This document shows, in pieces, positions 41,571 to 54,970 of a stretch of DNA of 64,000 nucleotides. The stretch is taken from positions 69,564,001 to 69,628,000 of the forward strand of contig NC_043005.1 in the NCBI RefSeq assembly GCF_006345805.1, read 5' to 3'. How positions within the stretch are numbered: the stretch's first letter is position 1; every line of letters starts with the position of its first letter. The DNA comes from Octopus sinensis (taxonomy: Eukaryota). Below the pieces are notes generated by a model, which did not search any database, was not told the origin of the DNA, and saw nothing but the letters and a program-made list of their open reading frames with translations. The translations under genes were made by a program, and so were the position numbers.

Positions 41571-42114
41571 TAAAAGGTAAGATAATGCTAGGCACATGAC
41601 GCCTATTGAATCTATAATAAATTTTCATAGTTCTTACTTCGTCTCGATAAGAAATATTCAGCATTTTTCAGAAATCACTTGATATTTCATACAAATTCTT
41701 TATTGACTGAGAAAAAATAAACTTTTATCAGTCACATTTGGTAGCACTTGCAGCGGTGTGTCTCTTTCCTTCATTTGATGCCATGATAAATTTAGCATAT
41801 CAAGTATTTATCCAGCATGTTGTTTCGCATATCTTCTTTGGTTTTCCTATCCTAGTTCCTGCTTTGAGACTGGCAACATTGATTTCTTTCAGTTATTTAT
41901 TATCGTAGCATATATTCTTGAACCTCATAATTTTACATGCATGCATACATATGAGTAAGTAGTGGTTATGTTAGAAAATATGATGGGCAACGATGATAAA
42001 CATAGTAACTAAAATAGGACGACAAAGAATCAGCACACAACAGCTAAAAACACCACGAAAAATAACAGTAATAACAGAACATCAACAACAATAAAGATAA
42101 TAATCCTTTCTCCT

Positions 42115-42305
42115 CAAGGCAGAAGGTCTGAAATTTTGGGAAGGGATTATATGGATTATATCGTCCTCAGTATTCAACTGGTACTTATTTTGTAAACCTC
42201 GAGTGCATGAAAGTAAAATCTACTTCAACTTTAGAATGTAAATACGGGGGAAATGCCGGTAAGAAATTTGCTCAGTGTTTTAACGATTCTGCCAGCTTAC
42301 TGCCC
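42115..42305 (-). mobile_element. SINE family 2, degenerate
   Basis: AACGATTCTGCCAGCTTACTGCC head on the minus strand; AACTGGTACTTATTT block. Confidence 0.65.
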
Positions 42306-42306
42306 A

Positions 42307-42307
<1 letters not shown>

Positions 42308-42351
<44 letters not shown>

Positions 42352-42418
42352 AATAATAATAATTATAAGAAGAAGAAGAAGAAGAAAAAGACGAAGAAGA
42401 GGAAGAAGAAGAAGGATG
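42308..42418. repeat. (AAT)n-(AAG)n triplet array
   Basis: Direct reading. Confidence 0.95.
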
Positions 42419-42439
42419 AAGCACCCACAAACATTTAAG

Positions 42440-43050
42440 AAACAATATGAAGACGAAGGATGAAACAACTGGTAAGGAAACCACTGCATGGGCAATACCT
42501 CAGAGAAATCGATGGAAAAGACAAGATCAACACATGGAAATGGCTAAGGAAGAGTGATCTGAGAAGATACACTGTGGCATTAATATGCAGCGCCCAGGAA
42601 CTAACTCTGAGAATTAATACTAAATAGATAAGAGTTGAGAATCGCCCCTTTCTAGGATGTGTGGCAGCAGAAACGAAACAATCTCACCTATTCTGATTGA
42701 GTGTAGCAAGGTTACCCAAAATCACCTACAAAACGAGTAACGATGACGTGGTTAAATTCGTTCACTGGGGGTCATGTGAAAAGCACGGAAATGATACGAG
42801 CATGAACCAGAAAGAATCATCGAGAACAAGGAATATAGAATATTGTTGGATTTTACAATACAATGTTACTCCCTTATTGATGCTCGGTGACTAGATATCG
42901 TTAGGGTAGATAGAGGAAAAAAATACTAAGATTATAGATATTTCAATACCTAGATAAGTAGCAAAGCACTAGAAAAGATTGAAATATAAAGACTACTAAA
43001 AGACGAAATTGCAAGGGTGTGGACTATGAGGAGAATATCCTGTTATTCCA
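42440..43050 (+). mobile_element. 5'-truncated R4/Dong-like (restriction-like endonuclease) non-LTR retrotransposon 3' end
   Basis: Fragments KPLHGQY; TWKWLRKSDLR; LICSAQE; a zinc-knuckle remnant (RMCGSRNETI..ILIECS); VVKFVHW; LLDFTIQC..IDAR*LDIV; KIIDISIP; LKDEIARVW; IPIAVGT. Confidence 0.8.
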
Positions 43051-44768
43051 ATAGCCGTAGGGACGCCCGCCACCTTAAAAATTAATAACAAGAATTGTAT
43101 TGTTTGATTACATTTATACAAACATTTAAACACATATTACTAACTCTCAATTTCATCTGCTGATACAGATAGTTTGAAGATGATTGCAACCAACTGAAAA
43201 CGTATAAAATAAAATGAAAAGGGAAACTTGTCCTAGAAACATATAGCTTGTCATATTATCCAATTAATTTTAGTTTTATGGGATGTTAGATTTAGACACT
43301 GAATATTAAAATTTGAATTGTATTCAAATTTTCGAGTTGTGCATAGGCTTTCTTCTATATCATATTTTAACCATTGTAAATATCACACTAATTTCCAACC
43401 ATTCCGATATATTTCATACATACATTTGCTCTTAATCACGAAACATCATTCTAAAAGATTAAGACAATAAACAAATGAGAGACATATCAATACTAATCAT
43501 ATTTAATACCTCAAAAGTAATTGTAGCGTAACGCGTGAATCTTCAAGTGCCAATGTATGAAAGGAACAACAGGAATTTGAAAAAGATGTATGTACCAGAT
43601 AAAGCTGAATTCTACAGTAGCAGTAAATTTTAATTAAGAGAGTGGCTAACTATCTTTGAAAAAGTCGGCAAATATTTATTAAATATAAAATGCTAATGCG
43701 GGAAATACAAGGACGTTTCCTCGTCCTAAATAAAAGTTTAGAATAAGGGATGGATATCTCCATATTTCACTAATGTTCTTCTAGATATCTAACAGAAATA
43801 CATGGAAATTAAAGGGTTCATTACCAGCAACCAGGGTGAACGTTTTCTTGCGGTAGCTATTTATGTCAAAATTTCCCCTATATCGAAATATTCAACTATT
43901 CGAAGAAATGATCGCGCTTGAGCAACTGTTTGAAAGCATGAAATTATACAAAACATTCTATGCTTTAATGTACTTCACAATCCTTTTATACATCATGAAA
44001 ATTTTGAATGTCGACATTTGAACATGATTCTGTAAAAACATATATTCATTCAAATTTTGTAATATTGCTTTGCTGCCTGTATGAATGGCCTTTCGTCACG
44101 AATTCTATTAATTATATCCTTCGTAATGTTTCAAAGATGAATTTAAAACATTTAGATGTTTGGAATCTTTATTCGTGTCTGTACTAGAAGACAGCACAAA
44201 ACAGAGCACGCTTTACTGATACGCCGTACTGACAACATCATTAAAACGGTTGTATAAAACAAAGACGTAATCACGACAGAAACATAATTAAAATATTTTG
44301 CTATATAAAAAGCAGAAAAATAACAATTTTAATCTGCTTATATGAAATGATTATTTGGATTGGATGAAGATTGCATGTGTTCCTGTCTCTTTCTTTGGAA
44401 TACCTCTCTTTAGGTGCATATGGCTAAACATTGCTTCTTTGTAGGCAAATCTATGAATATACTTATTTGCACACATATTCTATTTTCAGAATAATTATTG
44501 CAATATAACATCTGAATTGAAGTTAATCGTAATTGACATGTCATTTCAGAATGATAAATTCATTTATTTTATATTTGAATATAAATAACCATCATTGTAA
44601 TTATTAATTTCTGTCCAGTTTATAAGTTGTATACTTCGAAACGATTCACATTAAGAAATAAATTACATGTTTGTAGTTCTACATCTCATTTCTTACATCG
44701 CCATGTAACATTTTCAGGCATTACGTATGGCTAATACAAAGAAATTGTAAAAATTGAAATAATGGGAT

Positions 44769-44845
44769 GTATTTATTCCACGTCCTCGCGTTATTGTGCT
44801 TGGACAAAGAGCAAGCACAATAACGCGATGACGTGCAATAAATGC
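44769..44845. ncRNA. 34-bp stem-loop with pri-miRNA-like geometry (candidate only)
   Basis: Arms 44769-44802 and 44812-44845 pair with 2 mismatches and one U-G wobble (plus strand); 9-nt loop. No match to a miRNA I recognise. Confidence 0.3.
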
Positions 44846-46004
44846 TGTACTATTGGACGCTCAGGAAAGTAAAGAAAGTGGGAGTATCTCACGTTTGGAG
44901 CGGAACTCTTCGTCAGAAATATAGAAAATGTCCAAAGAAGGGAAGACGGAGAAAGAAAATCGCCAACGATACACACGCAGTCACATAATGAAAACAATTT
45001 ATACGTATATATATATATATAACGTAGTGAAATTCTGACTAGAAAACTCACTATATTCGATAACAATGACTATATTTGGAATGAATGTTTAGCTTTCTGT
45101 ATATATTTTCAAATCTATAATTTAAATATTGAAATAAAATAACTATTGTTCCTGTTCTTTTGTCTCAAAATCCCTACTATATATAAACATGCTTTATTTA
45201 CATACTTGTGTGTTTTGGGAAGCGTCAAATGCACTTCGAATTATACAGATAAGACGCATGATATTGCGGTCGGCTCATAGCCGTGAAAATAGCAGAAAAA
45301 TTAGGTATTTTACCTTATAAGATGAAAAGGATGTCAGCTTTTAATTTGGCAGATATTGTTTCGAGCAAGCACTTTAGCATGATGGTAGCGTACACAGCCG
45401 ATATCTTAGGATTGTAGGTTCGAGTTATTAGGGTAATATACCAAGATTTCTTGCTGTTTTCACAATTATACTACGTTCGAAATTTTAGTTTCTTTCCGGT
45501 AATGTATGAAACGTTCGATGCTTCTAAAAACAAACACTAAACTTGCTTACATATATGGTTGCATCTCCAAAAAGCTATGATATATAGCATTTAATTTGAC
45601 GGTCACTGTTGTCAGTTGGCAGTTTAGCTTTCGGAAAATAATTTTTTCAATGAATATTAAATTATTATATATTTCTGCAACAGTGTATATGCTGTATATA
45701 TGTACATTAATATTTGAAGATAACTATCTTTATGTGCGTATTGGAGTTGAATAATCAATGTAACCATGATATTCTATGGATCTATGCTCCTGAATCTGTT
45801 TTATAACTTATACTCTAGTACAGATATGCAAAATAATTTATTATAGATTTATAAGCTAAATTATTCTTCCATGATGTAGGATGCAAAATGATCGTAACAT
45901 TATGGTCATCAACTAGTGAAATAAATATATTCATCTCATACCATCTGATATTCTTTCTATTCTCACTCCCACTCACGCTCTGATTCTCACACACACACAT
46001 ATAC

Positions 46005-46038
<34 letters not shown>

Positions 46039-46039
46039 G

Positions 46040-46086
<47 letters not shown>

Positions 46087-47080
46087 ACATACACACACAC
46101 ATACATATATATGTTTGAAGAGGTTTACAGATATGATATTTTAAGGAAAAGTAGGTAGAAAACTTAGACGGCTTTTATGCAAATCCTGACTCCTTTTTTC
46201 AACATACACACACACACATACACACATATGTGTATAGTGTTCTTTGTGTACTTCATTATCATAATTAATTATTTTGAATTTAGAACACATATGCGAAGAC
46301 GCTGTCTAAATTTTGTGCGTTGTAAATGTTGCTTAAACGTTTATATTTAATTGGCTGTAGTAATATTCGACAATATGCAGAAACACTGAAAACACTGTTT
46401 CATTACGTAGTAGTGAGGTCTCTGCAATTAGTCAAGATCTCATTATATTTACAAGGTAAAATGTGTCATACGTATGCAACTTTTTATGCATGAAAATTTT
46501 CATACGGGAATCATAAACGTATTACGACAAACGGATAGTTTATTATTCTTATGCATATTTTACAAATATAATAACGATGCTATTTATTTGGGATGTTGAG
46601 TTATTTTATTTCACCATTTAAATTATAGATTTGAAAATATCTACAGAAAACTAAACAGTCATTCCAAAAATGTTCATTGTTATCGAATGAAGTAAATTTT
46701 CTAGTCAGAACTTCACTTCGTTATATTTGAAAATGCGTTACAAATTTTCAGTTGAATATTATTGTGATTTTCAATTATACACTTATATTTCTCAGCCGCT
46801 GTGTCTCACAAACGCATAATACATATATATAAATAAATATATACACTGTTATATATGCTTTATGGTTCGCTTTCACTTTCAACTTTTGCTGCTGACTATA
46901 ATTATCTATTCTACCTCTCTCTAGAGACAGCTAAATTTTCAGAAGCTGAAAACCGCAAAAAAAAGTAAAAATGAATAGTTTACAGAATCGAAGAATATAT
47001 ACATATTTACTTTCGTCCAGCATTTTTTGAAACACTCGATAGCTTCTACAAAGCATTAATAGTGAATTTAATATCTGTTC

Positions 47081-47161
<81 letters not shown>

Positions 47162-47748
47162 AAAGAAAATAGATTGTTATGTTGAATTGAAATATCTTTC
47201 TCAGGAAACCAATATCATTGCGTCGATTCAGACGGATGAAACCGAAAGGAAAACTTTTGTAAATTTAACTTTACAGGTTTGTAGCAATGAACTAAAAGAA
47301 AGTAAAAATTGTAGTCTTGAAATCTTTTGGTGCGCCTATTCATTGAATAAACGTACTTCAAATCTGATATGGAGATATTGCAGAAATTTCCAATGATATT
47401 AGTGACGAAATTCATATTGTATGACTACAGTAATAGCTAGACAATGCCTCTCCTATATTTCTTTCACCTGATAAAACAATAGTATGTTACGTAACTGCCA
47501 CAGGCACCTATGATGTCAGTCATGCTATTAAGTGATTCATTTTAAAGGTGCATAGATATATTACAAATGGACATATAGGCATATATGTGAGGAACAAAAG
47601 GAAGTATAGTACTTTGTAAATGTAAAATTAAATTACAAAATGTATAAAACAAACTATCGTAGACTGCACATTTAGTATTTAGTTAACCTTATCGTCTAAG
47701 GTACAGTATTTTTGCGAAAATTACAAAAAGCATAGGAAATATACTTAC

Positions 47749-47822
47749 CCATGGCAGAAAAAGACAGACCTCGAAATATTCTATTTTCAAGCGGACTGCA
47801 ACTTCTGCGAGCAACGTCAACC
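47749..47822 (-). CDS. Candidate exon (74 nt) ending GCCATGG|gtaagt
   Basis: attgttctacag| acceptor and strong donor. Two open frames (VDVARRSCSPLENRIFRGLSFSAM or LTLLAEVAVRLKIEYFEVCLFLPW). The terminal GCCATGG fits a Kozak context. Confidence 0.45.
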
Positions 47823-50479
47823 CTGTAGAACAATATCTTGCTTTTACTTAAGATATCGTACCGTCTATTCTTTTCATTTCTCTTTATCTTTCTTCTTTCC
47901 TTCGTTGCTGTTCTATTAAATTTTCTTCCATATTTATCCTTTACATTTCATCCTACATCTTGCTCAGTATATTTTACACACTTGAATGCTTATACTGTGT
48001 TGTAGTCGGCTCAGGAACCAAATTGTTACTGTATTTACTTCATTCTTTTGTCTTTTAACATTTCCTTTTTTCTTCAATTCTGTCTTTTTTTCTATTTGCC
48101 CGGATATCTTTTTTATAAAACACGTCTCACCTAGCCTGAATCTTTAACTGATTATAACTCTTTTGCCAACTATTTGCTTTTCTTCTTTATATCCCTTTTC
48201 TTTTTTCATATTCTTCCTTTGTTCTATACTTTTCACTATTCGCCACTTTTCTTTCAAATTATCGCTCTAGATCTCAGAAGCTTTCTTACTATCATTATTT
48301 CTAAATCACCATCACTAGCCTAACTTTCTTTTGTCTTCTATTGATGTTTCCATACTCTTATAAGCCTTTCTACTACTAGATGAATCGCACACTACGACTC
48401 TTTTCTTCTGAAGAAAAAATTAGGCGCTTCAGTGCCCATGGGTTGGATTTATAGAGTTTTCATGTCTATGCGTTTATAAATTTTTCTACTTATTTGATGC
48501 GTATTACTGCATCAGTATGCGCACCCGTACACGTAGTACATATTATTTATCAAAAGTCACAGAATCTTTGAAATAGCTATGTAAAAACTTCTGAGAATAT
48601 TTTTGCTTCAGTTGTTATAATTTGGTTAAGATTATATAACATTTTTTTAAAGGATATAAATGGCAGATATGCTATATGTAAATGTTTGTCCGTATTTTAC
48701 CTTTGATATTACATAATGTTGTTTCGTGGAATTATTTTTAGACTGATTAAGAATGTGAACTTTAAATATTTTGGACTTCTCCAGCATTTATCTAGTGTTC
48801 ATTTGTTCTACGTGTATGCTAGTGTCTTATTGATTTGCATTCGTTTGCATCTGACTGCTTCATGCTCTTTAGCTCCAGCTCTGATTCGAAATGACGATGG
48901 GAATTTTGACTGCTGTACTCCAGCTTCTGACTGTTAGCTTTTTAGATTTGTTTTCAATAATGTGCCGAGAGAGACAGACGGAGTTGATGATATTGCATTG
49001 CTTCTGCATGTTACTCTGAGATATTTAGTGATATATCACGCTATATCAAAGATATGTGGCGACCAGTATCTTCTTACCAATAGTATACAATCAAGTTAAA
49101 ATTAATGAGGTGGAAGATTTCAACTACCGACAATTTATAGTTTCCTCAGTCTATACAGTAGTAACAATCAATTTAATAGCTCCTTATCAGTCGTTCATTG
49201 AAGCTTCACAAATCAGTTGCGATAGACGACTGACGCTATCGGGCTACAGGATCAGAAGGAAAGTCTGTATGAAGGAGTTACGAATTAGATTGGGCTTATA
49301 TGTGTGTATAGGTTTTTGTCAATGTATTTATGCATGAATGTACGCACCTATTTTTCAATGCCTATGTGTATAAATCATATGTAATAATGTTTGCATATTT
49401 TCATGTATGCATTATCTGCTTTTTTGAGGTTTTAATTCCTGACTAAGAGAAGAACGGCAATTTTCAATTAGTGCCTAGCCCCTTTTATTGATATTTAAGC
49501 AAGAATGTATGTTTGTATGCATGCGTGTTTGCATACATGAGAAGATTCATAAAACTGTGTACGCAAGTATATATCAGATTTAATTACAAATGGGGTGGTT
49601 TATCTGTATAACTTAACTTCAGAATATATACATATACATATTTTACCGCGTTTCAATTTGAGTATATTCAATTACTGAAGGAACCTTTTCATTGCTTATG
49701 TATTTCAAAATTTCTGTTAATGACATATAACTATATTATCATGGAACATGTCATACAGATTTGTAAATCCTAATGTATTAGTATTTATCTGGTGGCAACA
49801 GTTGTCAACATTCGCTCAATAACAGGAAAATTTATATTAACTTATTGTCCTCGTAGCTCTACATCTCACAGGAAGCATTGCATAAATTTTGACTGTGGTC
49901 TTCTGTTCTGTCTTCCGTAATATTTCCAGACTACATTGAATGTGCTGCCGATAATTTTCTGTTAATTCCTCAACATTTATGTGTAGGCATTTTGCATAAA
50001 TATAAATATTGCATTTGTGTATCTGGTTCATTGTTGTTATCTTCCCTTTCTGGGTTAAAGTTCCCTGCACTTCAAAGTAGTGACTGTTGCTATGCCAGTA
50101 GATGTAATATAATTGACCTATTACATTATATATGTTATCGCCACTTTGAAGATTACTGACAACGCAGCTCTGCAAAATATATTTTCTAACAACCAAGACA
50201 ATTTTGGGGCAAAAAGTTAAAATTCATAAAATGCCCCGTTTCAAGTTTAAAACCAAAGACAAGTGTTTTTCTATACGATTAATCATCATAATTAATCATT
50301 TTTATAATTAATAAATTAAAATTCGTGCAATGAAGTTGTATAAGGTTAAAACAAATGAAGCTTTGGATACTAAAAAGAATATGTAAATAATAATAACTCG
50401 TAATAATGTGTTTTGAATGACACAACAATGCATAATAACAACAATGCATAATAACAACAATGGACTACAGTACCTGGTG

Positions 50480-50930
50480 GAATTTAGACATCCATAATCT
50501 GATTATTTACATTAATTACATTATTTAGGTTTGACGGATATTTATCCACATCTTCATAAGGGGTCTTGGAGTATTTTGAACCTGGGTTCTCATCTCTAAT
50601 GTATTTTTCGATGGTGTTGTTGCTGTTGTTGTTGTTGTTCTTCTTGTTCTTCTTCCTCTTCTTCTTCTTCATTTCCTCCCCTTCTCCTCCTCCATATCAT
50701 TACTATCATTATCAGGTCACTGCCTGTAATCGAACTCGGAATCTTGGTGTTAGTAGCCCGCACTCTTAACCACTACGCCATACGCCCGTGGCCATATGGT
50801 TTAGTGGTTAAGGGCGCGGGCTACTAGCCCCAAGATTCCGAGTTCGATTCCAGGCAGTGACCTGAATAATGTAAATGTGAATCATGTAAATAATATACAT
50901 AATTCCTCATCTCTTAAATATAGAACTCTA
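50480..50930. mobile_element. Palindromic element with two divergent tRNA-like heads (50715-50787 -, 50790-50862 +) and related tails
   Basis: Each head is 73 nt with an A box (TGG..TAGTGG) and a B box (GTTCGATT). The heads are separated by 2 nt. Both tails contain AATAATGTA...ATGTAAATAAT. Confidence 0.85.
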
Positions 50931-51289
50931 TTATCTGATATAATATTTCGGAATATAAAAATGCCTTCTTCAGATATCTCTAGGGATTGATTGAGTCACT
51001 GCTACAATCGATTTTCCAACGGCTTTTTTTTTCTTTTTTCCACTTTTTTTCTTCTTCCCTTTTCTTTCCTTCTTCCACCCCTCCCACCAGAAGTGTCTCT
51101 GCACTGGTCTCACGAAGCTCCTTCCGGGGTTCTTCGTGAAAAGTGCGTGAGGGTGGCCAGGTCTTATGACTCGTGTCTGCTGGCACACCTGTAAAGCTGC
51201 TTCTAAGTTATGAAATATACCTGCATTTTCCACATTTTCTCCCTTTTGTTTGTAGATATATGAGCATGTCATCAGGAAAAAAAATATGT

Positions 51290-51720
51290 CCTGATTAAAC
51301 CTAAATTTGATATATATTTCAAGAGTGAATTTTAGTCATCTGGTGCTGGAACCATTTTCAGTAGTGTTTGAGATTTCATGGGGTAAGTTTGTTTCACTAG
51401 TAAACTATTGCTCGTAGTTCATATTCCTGATGATATGATAATGTTAAATCTGTGAATAGTTTCATGGAGCTGATCTACAGATCCTGGTCCTCCCTTTGCA
51501 GGCATTCTTAAAAAATTGTTTTCTGTGTATTTGAGGGAGACCATGGCAGAAGCTAGTTTTGCATTGAAAATGAAGTACACACAACCTTTGTTTGTTTAAC
51601 CATTTTTTTATGTAGGCGAATGGGTTCATTTTTGTCATCGTCTTTGACTATTGGTAATTGTTTACCTTTTCGTTACATAGAGCTAATATAGAACTTTTGT
51701 AGTGTCCCATTTCAGTAGAG
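51290..51720 (-). mobile_element. Penelope-like retroelement RT fragment
   Basis: Minus-strand fragments ENGRAVISTEMGHYKSSIL (DKGxAVVI-like) and FQCKTSFCHGLPQIHRK (FYGLPKIHK-like). Confidence 0.55.
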
Positions 51721-52626
51721 ATTACAGCTCTGCCATTTTCTTCCTCCTTAATTATCACATCATTATTGAGTTTTTTTCCGTTATTTATTATTGTAGTAAT
51801 AAAGAAATATTCAGTGTAAGGTAAACATAGCAGAAGACATTAAAAGAATTGGGAAGTATACACCTTCACCAGGTCCCGCACGTTTTGCTCAGAGGGTGAA
51901 TTACATGCTTCTGAGATTTTGTAATTATGCATTTAGGTGATAGAGCTGATTACCTAAAACTCTACAGAATTTGAGGAATTTAAAACTTATGAAAATACTC
52001 GGAATAGAAATACTTTTCAAGAGGGACTGTAGTAAAAATAACAATACATGAGCAGTTCCGTGTGGAGGAAAGAAACCCAGCAACGCTACTTCGAAATTGT
52101 ATTTATCGCATGATGATAGTATTGTAATATCGTATTGACCCATTCAAATTCACATGCGCATTGGATGTAATATTTTTGTATCGATGGAAGTGACATTTTA
52201 TCAGCATTTATTAATAATACAATTTATGAGTAGACGATTGTTTGAGCTTCTAAGAATTGCAAAGATGTATAATCTGTATAATCTGAGCATTCTATTTCAG
52301 AAAACAAATTATTTTCGTAAAAGAATAGATATTTAAACGTTTACACGGTCAACGTATGGTTAATGTAAATAAAAGTCAAATCAGAGATTAAGGAATACAT
52401 TTTTTAAAAAAAATGAAATAAATGAAAAGGAAAAATAAAAAAAAAACTAGCTACAACTATAACATTTAAATCTTCGTGGCCTTAGTCGAGCATTTCCTAT
52501 AATCAAGTAAATAGTGAAGAGCAGGTTATTTGAACGACATTCTTTTAAATTTGATTATTCAACTAACAAAACTTTAGCAGCACATATTACTAGTGGGGTT
52601 AGAGAGATTTCTGAAATAAATTCACT

Positions 52627-53002
<376 letters not shown>

Positions 53003-53139
53003 TATATTTTTAAAAGGATCGACGTAACTCTTCACGAAAGTAAACAGTCAAGACGAAGAGTGCGATTCGTTTGTAAGATATTTTATTAGTTGAACGATAT
53101 TTCAACAGTACATCTGTTTCTGTTGCATCTTTATTACAA

Positions 53140-53571
<432 letters not shown>

Positions 53572-54769
53572 TTACAAGTGTGTAAATGCATATACATCAA
53601 CATATATTTCTATATGCATAACATAGAGATGTATGTATATATATATATATATATGCATATTTATAGAGAAAGGAAGAGTAATGTAGAGAGAGAAAGAGAA
53701 ATGTAGGTGTGAAAGATAGAAAAAGAGAGAGGGTGAGCAGAAACAGGGGTAGAAGACATATATACGTAAGAGAGAATTCAGAAACCGTTAAGCGGAGTCT
53801 CCTTCAGGAACTCTTGGAATATGAGCTCACTTTTGCGCGGGTTTTATATGCAACAGTAATAATCATTTGAGATATGTTTAAATGAATAAATAATGTAGAT
53901 TTATACTTTTTGAAAATTGATGGGATCATTTTCCTTATAATGTAATGATGTGCTGTATCTAGATGAAAAATTGGGTTCTGTCAGGGGACAAACTATGCGT
54001 TACAAGTTTAGAGTCAAATAAACACGTGAAATGACAAGACGATCTTAACAAGAGCAGGAGAGAATAAATAGAGAAATAAAAATATAATAGATAAATAAAA
54101 AATATATATAAATAATTTGTTATATGATATGGCTGTAAAAATGAAGTAAAATGCGAACAATATATTTCTTTTTTACGAATAATGGATGGAATAAAATATG
54201 CTAGAAATTGTTTGGGAGTGTTCTTGAGAAAAACACACCTCGATATAGGCTCTAGGTAATAAACAGGATGTGAGTAAAATATGTAAAGAAGTGGTGCAAG
54301 AACGGTCGGAAAATATGACATACAAATAGGTAAACGTGTCGGTGGAAGTCCAGAGACTTCGGTTTGTACCATATGGGTGGAGAACACATGTGTGGAGTTA
54401 GAAAGTCAATTTTTGCCAAATCTGGAAATGTGTATAGGGAGCAAATCGAACATATACACAATAACCGATTTACATTTAAGAGAAAGAACTCGATTACCAA
54501 AAGTGAAACAGCGAATGACAAAATTCCTGGAACTAAAGACACACAAATTGAATCAAAGAACTTATATTCTTCTCTAAAATTATAGGAAAATACAAACGTA
54601 TATTCACGCGCACCCACTCATTGATACATATTCTCTCTCTCTGACACACACACACACATATGTATATAACACAGTAACGATAGAAATGTTATTTAATATT
54701 GTATTGAAGATAAAATCTCTACGTACGCAAATATCAAAGTGTTCTTATAATGATTTCAAATTGTTTTGC

Positions 54770-54970
54770 TACTAAGACAACTTGTGGGAGGGGATTAATT
54801 CGATTACATTGACCACAGTGTGTAGCTGGTATGTATTTAATCGGTCCCGAAAGGATGAAAGGGGTAAAGTCGACCTCGGTGGAATTTGAAGACAGGACAT
54901 ACAGACGGACGGAATTCCGCTAAGTATTTCGTCCGGCGTGCTAACTATTCTGCCATCTCACCGCCTTGTA
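54770..54970 (-). mobile_element. SINE family 2
   Basis: AAAGTCGACCTCGGTGGAATTTGAA...CTATTCTGCCATCTCACCGCCTT. Confidence 0.85.

Noticed and set aside
50715-50862. The tRNA-like units as real tRNA genes
   Set aside because: The acceptor stems pair poorly, the ACT anticodon with a short variable arm is atypical, and the units are embedded in a repeat. Treated as SINE heads.
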